DNA from: an uncultured virus (IMG/VR IMGVR_UViG_2061766007_002278)
Lineage: Duplodnaviria > Heunggongvirae > Uroviricota > Caudoviricetes
Length of the DNA stretch: 64,000 bases
Virus record (IMG/VR): IMGVR_UViG_2061766007_002278
Direction: 5' to 3' (one strand)
The position numbers and the translations under genes are program-made. Positions 51,647 through 60,465 of this stretch are shown here, piece by piece; the stretch's first letter is position 1; every line of letters begins with the position of its first letter. The notes below the pieces were generated by a model. It was given only the letters and a program-made list of their open reading frames with translations. It did not search any database and was not told the DNA's origin.

Positions 51647-53554
51647 ATGGCAGACAATAATGCAATTGTTAATACAGAACCAACTGTCGTTGATACCGAG
51701 GACCCAGCCGAGGAATTAGAAAGCGGCACAAGCGGAATCAACCCAGTTGTTAATACTTCCCCGACTACTAGCGAAACACCTGCGAACCTAGTGGCAAAAA
51801 AAGCCGCACCAGAACTTTCTCCAAATCCTGCGGGTTTTGGTTTTACAAAACAAGTCACAGTCAACACGCTCTCGTCTCCCGGCTCACCAGATACTCTTTA
51901 TCTCGTGCCACAATACGATGGCGAAGGTCACGTTAAAGAATATTATAAATATAGATGGAACGTGGCCACGTTTGCCTTCGAGCGCATTTTTGAACCAGTC
52001 AACAATGTTAAATTCGAAGAAGGCGAACACGCGACTCCTGTTGTAGAAAATAACGCGCCAAAAACCGCACCAGAAAAGGTATTTAATGGCGATGTAGTTT
52101 TCAATGGCGATGTATATGATAAAGACGGAAAAATTGTCTCTGTAGAAGGGAATCCGGTATTAAAAAACGGTATCGCTGCACTTAATCCATTATCTGTTCT
52201 AAAAATTGGCGATAAAATTTACGATATTACAAACAGTGATTATCCTTTATATTTTAGATTTAATAGAAATGCCAAATATACAGTTGACACTGCTTCAAAC
52301 TATGCTTCTTATATTAGAATTTTAGATACAGTTATTTATTTCGTTGTATCCTTTAGTATTACCAAAACAGCAAGTGATAGTAATAATTCAATCGAAGTCG
52401 GCGCATTCCATGATGTTCCTACCGCCGTTAATAATAGACTATATGCTGGAACATTCCTTGATACTCAAAACACAAGAGCGTTCATTGATGAATATACTGA
52501 TGGCGGCGAAATTGAATCTGTCGTCGCAAGCACTGCTTTAATTAAAAAAGAAGATGGCTCAATTGCTTTATTGCTCGACACCTCAAATTTAGAAGTAGAC
52601 CAACAATATCACATCCGTTATCTTGGTGTGTTCTTACTTACTGCGAATCATCTCGTTGCTAGTGGCTGCCTTGTTAGTAATTTAGGAAACTCCGACCCAA
52701 CCAAAGTTGTGTTCTCTAAAGCATCAACATTCGTTACAGAGCAAACCGCGTGGGAAGAAGTAGATGTTGATGGTAATAAATTTGCCAAATTCACACCTTG
52801 GTATAAAAAGGCTATTTATAACGGTGATGAATTAATCGGCTACGAAATCTCTGACACTAAAGAAGATGACGACTTCCATGTTTATGATTGCTTCCTCGAT
52901 GAAAACGGAAACACTCTCCCATACATTTTGATTGGCCGTTATTGCTCATCCTCAACAGAAACTATTAATTCTGTGAATGCTGGCAGAGCAACTGCTACAA
53001 TTGGCGCTTGGAGAACATTAGCGCAAGCAAAAGGCACAGGATATCAAATCATGGATGCCGCAATGCAAATTTTCTGGCGCGACCTTGCCTTGGCTATTAG
53101 CGAAAATGTCAACTTCAATAATGGCTCTGGTGTTGCTTCGTATTTAGGCCTCGCAAGAATGACCGATGGTGGATGGTGGATTGACGGCTTAACTCACGTC
53201 AACGATAAATACTTATACTGCTCTAAACCTAGCAAGTATGTCGACCAACCAACCGCGGCCACAGATGGCTATGATGAACTTTCATATCCATTCCCAACCA
53301 ACAGTGGTTATTGTGTCTCTAAATTGGGTTATGACCCAGCGCATCCGACCGTTAACTTCCCAAGTGCAGGTGTAAACAATAGTTCATTTAATACTTACTA
53401 TTGCGACGGCGTTTACTACGCTAGTGGAAACCGTCCGTGCGACGTCTATGTGGGCTCTGCCTATGCCAGCTATGGCCTGTTCAACCTCTATGGTCACCTC
53501 GACTGGTCCGATGCTTTCGGTGCGCGTCTTTGCTATAAGCCATCCATTCAATAG
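51647..53554 (+). CDS. DGR target protein, virion fibre-like with C-terminal C-type-lectin-fold variable domain
   Basis: RBS AAGGAG before ATG 51647. VR at the extreme 3' end ending GARLCYK. IGRY motif. Confidence 0.85.
   Translation: MADNNAIVNTEPTVVDTEDPAEELESGTSGINPVVNTSPTTSETPANLVAKKAAPELSPNPAGFGFTKQVTVNTLSSPGSPDTLYLVPQYDGEGHVKEYYKYRWNVATFAFERIFEPVNNVKFEEGEHATPVVENNAPKTAPEKVFNGDVVFNGDVYDKDGKIVSVEGNPVLKNGIAALNPLSVLKIGDKIYDITNSDYPLYFRFNRNAKYTVDTASNYASYIRILDTVIYFVVSFSITKTASDSNNSIEVGAFHDVPTAVNNRLYAGTFLDTQNTRAFIDEYTDGGEIESVVASTALIKKEDGSIALLLDTSNLEVDQQYHIRYLGVFLLTANHLVASGCLVSNLGNSDPTKVVFSKASTFVTEQTAWEEVDVDGNKFAKFTPWYKKAIYNGDELIGYEISDTKEDDDFHVYDCFLDENGNTLPYILIGRYCSSSTETINSVNAGRATATIGAWRTLAQAKGTGYQIMDAAMQIFWRDLALAISENVNFNNGSGVASYLGLARMTDGGWWIDGLTHVNDKYLYCSKPSKYVDQPTAATDGYDELSYPFPTNSGYCVSKLGYDPAHPTVNFPSAGVNNSSFNTYYCDGVYYASGNRPCDVYVGSAYASYGLFNLYGHLDWSDAFGARLCYKPSIQ
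53431..53534 (+). repeat. DGR variable repeat (VR)
   Basis: 104 bp, ungapped alignment to TR with 17 substitutions. Confidence 0.95.
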
Positions 53555-53577
53555 AGGGGTGTTTCAATAGTCCCCTC
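53554..53577 (+). promoter_or_regulatory. Hairpin just downstream of VR (candidate DGR homing hairpin)
   Basis: gagggg(53554-53559) pairs with cccctc(53572-53577). Confidence 0.5.
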
Positions 53578-53652
53578 GTTGATTGATATGGTTGGCGACT
53601 AACATTAATAAAAATAAAATATTCATCAAATATAAGGTTTATGAGATTATCT

Positions 53653-53756
53653 CCGTCCGTGCAACGTCAATGTGGGCAATGCCAATGCCAACAATGGCCT
53701 GTTCAACCTCAATGGTAACAACGACTGGTCCAATGCTAACGGTGCGCGAAATTGCT
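53653..53756 (+). repeat. DGR template repeat (TR)
   Basis: 13 AAY codons and 28 adenines in the VR frame. Every mismatch to VR is at a TR adenine. Confidence 0.95.
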
Positions 53757-53931
53757 CCTGTTAAATTACCGATAACAAGAAATTATCCATTATCCGCATA
53801 TAAATGCGTTGTATAATGTCAAGGTCTCATATTGCCTAGAATTTACGGTTCTAAAAATTACCTCGAATGGGTGCTCTAGTAGGACACCATTTGTCTCGAA
53901 AAATCACAAGGAGGAAGCAAAATCTAAACTT

Positions 53932-54930
53932 ATGAAAAGAGTGGGTTTTGTATATAACAGGCTGTTAGATAAAGAATTTATCAAGCAGACCATTCAAAAA
54001 GCAAGCAAGCACAAAACTAGAAGAAGAACAGTCAGAAAGGTGCTCGCTCATATTGATGAATATACTGACAAAATTTATGAAATGTTATTTAGCGAAAAAA
54101 TAGAAATGAGACCAACCCATACAAAGATTATTAAAGAAAGGGGCAAAGAACGTTTAATAACGGTCTCCCCTTTTTATCCTAATCAAATTCTCGATTATTT
54201 ATTAGTCGAAGCAACCAAACCACTTATTAGAAAATCAATGTATCAATACTGCGTGGGAAACGTAGACAAGCGCGGCATTATGTATGGCAAAAAAGTGATG
54301 GAACGGCATATAAATAAATATAAATATTATATGAAACTAGACATCCGCCATTTCTATCAGAACGTCTGTCCAGAAACTTTGATTCGTTTATTTAGTAGAA
54401 AAATCAAAGACCAACGATTCCTTAATTTTATGTGCCAAGTTATAAGCAAGCAGGATTTGCCTATTGGCTGTTACTATTCACAATGGTTCTCCAATTTCTA
54501 TCTTTGCAGTCTCGACCATTATATAAAAGAAAGAATAAACTGTCCTTTCTATATTCGTTATGTAGACGACATGATATTTGGTGCAAATAATAAAAAGGTT
54601 TTGCGTAAGGCTTATTATGAAGCCAAAAGATACATCTTTAATTTAGGTTTAGAATTTAAATATAGACCTACATTTCGCGAGTTTGTAAATTTTCTGGGTT
54701 TCGTTTATCGCCGATGTTTGATAAAATTAAGACATTCAATATTCTATCGCTTAAAACAAACGATAGTTAAAGTGCGCCGACATTTATGTTTCTCGTTAGC
54801 GCAGCGACTAATTTCATACTTTTCATGGCTAAAGAATCTGAAAAGCGGATATTGGTTTTATAAAAGACAAATATACCCGACTGTTAAATTGGGGAAATTA
54901 AAAACTATAATGTCAAACGGAGGTATCTAA
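53932..54930 (+). CDS. DGR reverse transcriptase
   Basis: KLDIRHFY, LPIGCYYSQ (DGR-type GxxxSQ), RYVDD, FLGF. ~332 aa starting MKRVG. Confidence 0.95.
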   Translation: MKRVGFVYNRLLDKEFIKQTIQKASKHKTRRRTVRKVLAHIDEYTDKIYEMLFSEKIEMRPTHTKIIKERGKERLITVSPFYPNQILDYLLVEATKPLIRKSMYQYCVGNVDKRGIMYGKKVMERHINKYKYYMKLDIRHFYQNVCPETLIRLFSRKIKDQRFLNFMCQVISKQDLPIGCYYSQWFSNFYLCSLDHYIKERINCPFYIRYVDDMIFGANNKKVLRKAYYEAKRYIFNLGLEFKYRPTFREFVNFLGFVYRRCLIKLRHSIFYRLKQTIVKVRRHLCFSLAQRLISYFSWLKNLKSGYWFYKRQIYPTVKLGKLKTIMSNGGI

Positions 54931-54931
54931 T

Positions 54932-55138
54932 ATGGCTAAAAAGACATTAACATTAGTAAGAGAGCATCCTGCATTAGTTGCCGGAGAAACCAGAGATGAT
55001 TTAGAAAGGGTTTATGCTGAAGACGAAAATCACAAACGCTATCCTATTAAAGAAAAAGGAACAGAAGAAGTAGTCAGCGAAACATTAATCGCTTATCCTA
55101 ATGAAGCAGAATTTGAAATCGTAGAAACTAACGAATAA
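54932..55138 (+). CDS. Small acidic protein coupled to RT
   Basis: RBS GGAGG, 68 aa. Followed by a terminator at 55161-55190. Confidence 0.6.
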   Translation: MAKKTLTLVREHPALVAGETRDDLERVYAEDENHKRYPIKEKGTEEVVSETLIAYPNEAEFEIVETNE

Positions 55139-55160
55139 TAAAACTCTATAAAATACCTAC

Positions 55161-55190
55161 AAAATCCGCTCGTGTTGGGCGGTTTTCTTT
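55161..55190 (+). terminator. Rho-independent terminator ending the DGR operon
   Basis: ccgctc-gtgtt-gggcgg-ttttcttt. Confidence 0.6.
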
Positions 55191-55369
55191 TGTCTCGGCT
55201 ATTTATACCTTTTTGAAAGTTTGGAGCCACATNNNNNNNNNNNNNNNNNNNNNNNNNNNTATAAAAGTATGTTAAGATTATATTTAGTTAATAGGGCTGA
55301 AACTATAAAGCGGAAGTCTACCATAAAATTAACGAACCACAAATTTTACAAAAGGAGAAAAGTAAGTCA

Positions 55370-55984
55370 ATGAAATTTACTGACGAGCAACTAACTAAAA
55401 TTCGTGAGTCATTATCCGCCAGCGGCATCCCTGAAGATGTAGTGGAATTCACAATTAGCGATATTACTGCTGAAGAAGAATCCAAAAAACCTGAAGAGGA
55501 AAATAGTCAAGGAGACCCAACCGATAAACCGGAAGAAGGAAACCCTGATGACCAAAGTGCAGAAAATGGCAATCCAGAAGGAACACCTGCGGAAGAAGGC
55601 AACGGCGAACCCGCTCCAGCGGTCGAGCCTGTCGTAGAAGAACTCCCACCTGTCCCTGAAGGCGCATTACCTCCTCAACCAGAAGAAGTGCCACCAGCCC
55701 CAGAAGCCGCTCCTGCTCCTGAAGCAACACCACAAGGCTACGACGACAGCGAATTGCGCGGTCTAGTCCAAGAGTTAACTTCACAAGTAGACGAATATAA
55801 AAAGGCAAATGACGGCTTGATAGCGCGCATCGACTCTTTAGAAGAGGCATTAAAAAAGGGTGGTTATCTTGATGATTCCGGCACCACACCAGTTGGCGAC
55901 GAAACACCAAAGGCTCCGGCCCAAGTTCCAGTTGATGAACCAATCGATGATATTTTGGCTCAAATCAACTCACACAAATACTAA
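55370..55984 (+). CDS. Capsid scaffolding protein (putative)
   Basis: Homologue of 17821..18408 (KKANxGLxARIxSLExALKK). Confidence 0.65.
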   Translation: MKFTDEQLTKIRESLSASGIPEDVVEFTISDITAEEESKKPEEENSQGDPTDKPEEGNPDDQSAENGNPEGTPAEEGNGEPAPAVEPVVEELPPVPEGALPPQPEEVPPAPEAAPAPEATPQGYDDSELRGLVQELTSQVDEYKKANDGLIARIDSLEEALKKGGYLDDSGTTPVGDETPKAPAQVPVDEPIDDILAQINSHKY

Positions 55985-56004
55985 AAAGAAAGAAGGATTA
56001 AATC

Positions 56005-57480
56005 ATGGCATTACAAACCATTAGTCAAGTTTTAGCACCAAACAACGCTCCATATATTAATGGTGTCGCCGCTCGTGCTAGATGGTCAGCCGCTGTCCTC
56101 GTTAATTTATATCAAGAATTAGTCGAAAAAGACGGCAAAGGTATCGACGACAACTTCGTTTCTCCAAGCGAAGCAGAAGATAGCGTTCAAATCTTCGTCC
56201 ACCGTGTGTTACCAAACAACATCCAACCTCGTGAAATCGGTGCTTCTAAAAACGGCGCTGCCTATTCACAAAACCAACACTACTCCCAAACAGAGACCGT
56301 TGGTATCGAAATCTTAACACTTATTGATGACCCAATCCTCATCCCACGTGTTACCCAAGATCACATTCCAGTTGATTTATTAAGTCAACATACAAAAATC
56401 TTCTCTGGCCGTTTAGCGACAATCTTAAACGGTGCCACCTTTGCTTCAAAGGTCATCGCTACATACATCGCTAAATCCAAAGGCGAAGAAATCAATGAAA
56501 CCGTCATTAGCGCTTCTGACATTTCTAATAATAAAATTTTAAATAAGTATGTCTATGCCAACGCTAAATTAGACGAAGGCGATGATGCCCACGGCATTGA
56601 TATCTTCCCAAGAGATACAAGAATCTGCGTTGTCAAGACATCCTTTGGTCCAATCCTTAAAACCGATGGTGTCCTCAAACTTGGTGGCGCAAATGAAGCC
56701 TATGCTATCTTAAAAGCGGCTGGTGTTTCTAACGACACAGTCCGTTTAGAAAACGATGGTTATATCGGCACAATCGATGGCGTTGAGGTTAGAGAAATCT
56801 CCAACCAATCCTTACAACACGCATCCTTATTCCTCGGCTTCCCAGCAGCCGACCTCAAGAACTCCAACCTCTATGGTTACATCGCATCTTCCTACGCGAA
56901 TGCTCGTGGTGTCTCCACAGATAAGAGAACCAAAGTGGTCGACGAAGTTAACGGCCAAGGTATCAGACTCTTACCTTATGTCAAATTCGGTGTTGTGTCT
57001 TGGTATCAAAAAGGTAACTCATTCTTAACCGCCGGCGAATACGACCCATTCACAGGTCTTAAATTATTATTCTCCAGCGTTGCGAGCGACCTTACCTTCA
57101 AACTCAAAGCCGCGGGTTCCCGTTTATTCCCAGTCTTCGCTGCTACCGGCATCGCATTAACAAGCAACACTGCCTTCACATTAGCAGGCACACACGCTTA
57201 TAATGACTTCAATGTCGAAAATTTAAAAGGCGGCTACTATGTCGTTACAGATGATGCAGTCAAGACTGTTGATGAATTCATCCGTGCTTGCACCAAGAGA
57301 AACGCTACAACCGGTGCTTTGGAAATTGACTCCAGCACCAATGAAAACGGCTCTTATGACATCGTTACAGGTGGTTCAAAATCATTTACAACTGCCTTAA
57401 CAAGCGGTCAATGGGTCAACGTTCTCGCTATCGCAAGCGACGGTTCTTGCTCCTTAATCAGCAAGCAATATGTCGCCTAA
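56005..57480 (+). CDS. Major capsid protein with C-terminal extension
   Basis: 491 aa, after the scaffold gene, GYIGTIDGVEVRE. Confidence 0.8.
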   Translation: MALQTISQVLAPNNAPYINGVAARARWSAAVLVNLYQELVEKDGKGIDDNFVSPSEAEDSVQIFVHRVLPNNIQPREIGASKNGAAYSQNQHYSQTETVGIEILTLIDDPILIPRVTQDHIPVDLLSQHTKIFSGRLATILNGATFASKVIATYIAKSKGEEINETVISASDISNNKILNKYVYANAKLDEGDDAHGIDIFPRDTRICVVKTSFGPILKTDGVLKLGGANEAYAILKAAGVSNDTVRLENDGYIGTIDGVEVREISNQSLQHASLFLGFPAADLKNSNLYGYIASSYANARGVSTDKRTKVVDEVNGQGIRLLPYVKFGVVSWYQKGNSFLTAGEYDPFTGLKLLFSSVASDLTFKLKAAGSRLFPVFAATGIALTSNTAFTLAGTHAYNDFNVENLKGGYYVVTDDAVKTVDEFIRACTKRNATTGALEIDSSTNENGSYDIVTGGSKSFTTALTSGQWVNVLAIASDGSCSLISKQYVA

Positions 57481-57548
57481 TAAGCGAAACTAAACAAAAC
57501 ACAAGGCCACTCTTGAAAAATGGTGGTCTTTTTTAATACAATAAGGTT

Positions 57549-58052
57549 ATGAGTAAAACATTAGACCTGATTTCAAAACCCTATGACGATGATTCATTAG
57601 TATTTAATGAAACCACCGGTCGTTATGAACTAACGATTCAATATTTAAAAAACGAGTTTGATACCGGCTACAGAACCGATGGAGAGGCGAAAAGGAGGAT
57701 TAAACTAAACAGTCAAGTTGTTTATTATTATATAAATTTGCATACTGCCTCTTATAATCGCCAAGTCGTTAATTTCCTACTCCACAAAACAAAACAAGGC
57801 CGCGAATTTTTAAAGGAAATATTGTCTGCACAAATCTACGCTGATTTGCAGAGCGGCTATAATGACCTTATTTTTAATCCCGCGGTATCTTTCACTGGCC
57901 AAGATAAAGATAGAAATGAAATCCGCCGTAATAGTTTATGCGTTGCGGCTGAGGATATCTTTACATCTTCAGAGGCCTACTTTGGCATCAATATTGGTTA
58001 TCTTGGTTATTTCCCTGCAATCTTCTATACTTGGGCGGCACAAAATGTATGA
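57549..58052 (+). CDS. Head-tail adaptor (putative)
   Basis: Homologue of 20291..20788. Confidence 0.55.
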   Translation: MSKTLDLISKPYDDDSLVFNETTGRYELTIQYLKNEFDTGYRTDGEAKRRIKLNSQVVYYYINLHTASYNRQVVNFLLHKTKQGREFLKEILSAQIYADLQSGYNDLIFNPAVSFTGQDKDRNEIRRNSLCVAAEDIFTSSEAYFGINIGYLGYFPAIFYTWAAQNV

Positions 58053-58405
58053 TTCCAACAAACGATGAAAAATACGAATTAAAATTATACAAGCGCCTTA
58101 AAAACTCGGATTACCAATGGGAGTCGGCACCAAGCCTTATTTTCAAAGGCAGGCCAGCAAGCCAAGTGGAAGTCAAAAAATACCGAGTGCAAAAAGGTGT
58201 TAACGGAAACACCGACTCTGTATTTGTAAAATCCACAAACCTACCAAAGGATGTCAGCGTAGGCGACAAGGTTGAGTTTATTGGCAAAATATGGTCGGTC
58301 CAGAGTATAGGCTATTATTTCGAGGAAGGCCGCTTTATAAATCCGTCGGTATTTGATGAAGAGCGCCTTATGGATAGATGTCCAAAAGGAATCAACCTCC
58401 AATAA
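58049..58405 (+). CDS. Head closure protein (putative)
   Basis: Homologue of 20798..21154 (MIPTNDE start). Confidence 0.55.
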   Translation: MIPTNDEKYELKLYKRLKNSDYQWESAPSLIFKGRPASQVEVKKYRVQKGVNGNTDSVFVKSTNLPKDVSVGDKVEFIGKIWSVQSIGYYFEEGRFINPSVFDEERLMDRCPKGINLQ

Positions 58406-58482
58406 TAAAGGCCAAAAAAACACTTATTTTTCAAAACCGTGCAAAAAATCTGCACAAAACTTAAAAATACAAGGAGAAAACA

Positions 58483-58854
58483 ATGTTAGATTTCAATATA
58501 GAGCAAGTGGGCATCGAAGTAACAAATCTTATCAAACGCGCTTCTTGGTTTCCTTACAAAACTGGGAATTTAAAATTTAACGCTACACAAGGCGCTATGT
58601 ATGATGAGACTACTTTTAGAATCCACTTTGACTCTAGCGTTGCTCCTTACTTGGAATATTTGGAAGAAGGCACAGACCCACATAACATTCCTCGTGCGTT
58701 TGGCAGACCGCTTCCTTTTGGCACTTATGGCCGATTTAACGGCAAATTTCATCCCGGTAGTAAAAAGCATCAAGGCTTTATAAAAGACAAGGCTGTGGGC
58801 GCTATTATCGATTATATTGTTACAAAATACGAAGGGCAGGTCGAACCACTATGA
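58483..58854 (+). CDS. HK97 gp10-like neck protein
   Basis: Homologue of 21180..21551. Confidence 0.65.
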   Translation: MLDFNIEQVGIEVTNLIKRASWFPYKTGNLKFNATQGAMYDETTFRIHFDSSVAPYLEYLEEGTDPHNIPRAFGRPLPFGTYGRFNGKFHPGSKKHQGFIKDKAVGAIIDYIVTKYEGQVEPL

Positions 58855-59951
58855 TTATATTAAGTGAAGTCGCTCAAAAACTAGAGAAAATATTAAACGG
58901 TCAAGACGGCGAAGTAACCGCTACAAATCCAACCGNNNNNNNNNNCGAGGGTTTTCATATTGACCATATTGAAAAAGCCGACAAGAGCGGCAATTTTATC
59001 CCTGTCTTTATTTCTTCTTTAGGTGGCCAATTTAACCCGGTAAAAGGGCTTAAACAGGGGTCTTATTCCTTCCCAGTCATTTTCTACTTCCCTGTGCGCT
59101 TTAAAGAGGCTTTCTTTGCGCTTGGCGATTTTTTAGTTGATGCCTTTGTCGGCACGATTCTAAATTATGGCGATATCAGCGGAAAGGCCGTCTCAAATAT
59201 TAGCGTGCCACAATTTGGCGAAATCCAAGATTTAGATTTGGGCCAATTTGGAAAGTGGGTCGAGTCTCAATATAAAAAGCCAATCGAAGTCATGGAGCCT
59301 TACCTTACTATGCAGGTCACTTTGTTTTTATCAAACGCGGCTCCGGGCCTTGTCTACGGCAACGATGTCAAAGTTGATTTATCGTTTACCTACGGTGAGA
59401 ACACCTATTCAATAGATGATATTAATTGGGACGGTGCGAGTATCCAAAGCAACTCTCAAAGCCAAAGTGAGCAAGAAGAAGAAACCAACGAAGCGGACGG
59501 CCTACCTTTTGGCACCGCTTATGGCTCATCATTCAAAATCTATCCAAACTTGGAAACTAAAGCAAACGAGGCCACTTATGAACTAGAATCTGGAATCTAT
59601 GACCCAGATGCGATTTATTATAGAAAAAATGGTGACAATTATGTATATGTCGGCCACTTAACCGAGAGCCAATATGGTGGTTATCATGGTGCCGGTGTCC
59701 TTTTATATGTTAGTGTCCCGATTTACTTCTATAAAGAATTATTAAAAATATGGCTTGCTGGCAATATCCAAGAAGTTGAATGCAACTTAACCTTTACTAT
59801 TGCCAATGATGACGACCTAAAATATACGAGAAAATGCTATGTCCAGTCAGTAATGGCTCCGATTGAAAAAGGCCAACTTTTCTCGCTAACGCTGTCATTT
59901 GCGAAAAAGACCGAATTTGAAGATGAAACCGAGGAAGTAAACAATGGCTGA
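58851..59951 (+). CDS. Tail structural protein
   Basis: Homologue of 21548..22645. Confidence 0.5.
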   Translation: MIILSEVAQKLEKILNGQDGEVTATNPTXXXXEGFHIDHIEKADKSGNFIPVFISSLGGQFNPVKGLKQGSYSFPVIFYFPVRFKEAFFALGDFLVDAFVGTILNYGDISGKAVSNISVPQFGEIQDLDLGQFGKWVESQYKKPIEVMEPYLTMQVTLFLSNAAPGLVYGNDVKVDLSFTYGENTYSIDDINWDGASIQSNSQSQSEQEEETNEADGLPFGTAYGSSFKIYPNLETKANEATYELESGIYDPDAIYYRKNGDNYVYVGHLTESQYGGYHGAGVLLYVSVPIYFYKELLKIWLAGNIQEVECNLTFTIANDDDLKYTRKCYVQSVMAPIEKGQLFSLTLSFAKKTEFEDETEEVNNG

Positions 59952-60464
59952 TTATAATATTTACATTCACGCGATTGGAACAGGCGGCGCTACCAATCAA
60001 AGCCCTACTACTCCGTGGTCTCAAAAAAGTGAAGGAGAAAGTGGTGGCGCTTTTTCACAAACTCAATCACAAACAAGTGGTAATATTGGTGGTGGTGGTT
60101 TTAATGCTGTAAAAGCCATTACTAAAGCGGCGAGCGTGGCTCAAAATCCAGATTCAGTTATATCGGCAGCATTCGTTGCGGCCGCANNNNNNNNNNNNNN
60201 NNNNNNNNNGCTTGTGTCAGATTAGGAGTGGCCATTGCAGATAACGTTTTAGAATTTCAAGCGTTAGAAACAGGATATTATGGAAATCAAATTAAATGGC
60301 AAGATTGGAAACAAGGAGTAAGAAACATTTTTCATCCTTTTTCTTCAGGGATTAATGCTTTAAAAACTCAACGTCAATGGGCAATCGAAAATCAGAAACT
60401 GACTCAACAACGTGACCTTTTAGGAGATAGTGTAATCAATAGTTACACGGGACGAGGCGTATAA
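59944..60464 (+). CDS. Small Gly/Ala-rich tail protein (split by N-gap)
   Basis: Homologue of 22648..23157 (MADYNIY...QQRDLLGDSVINSYT). Confidence 0.5.
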
Positions 60465-60465
60465 C

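Larger units (their letters stand above)
51647..54930 (+). mobile_element. Diversity-generating retroelement (target-VR, TR, RT)
   Basis: TR/VR pair differing only at TR adenines, next to a DGR-type RT. Confidence 0.95.

Noticed and set aside
53583..53816. 77-aa ORF overlapping TR as a possible accessory gene
   Set aside because: No RBS and a non-ATG start. It is a chance frame across the non-coding TR. The RT extension from 53809 is rejected likewise in favour of ATG 53932.
53932..54930. RT as group II intron or retron
   Set aside because: No maturase or endonuclease domain and no retron VTG motif. The TR/VR pair and GxxxSQ motif indicate a DGR.
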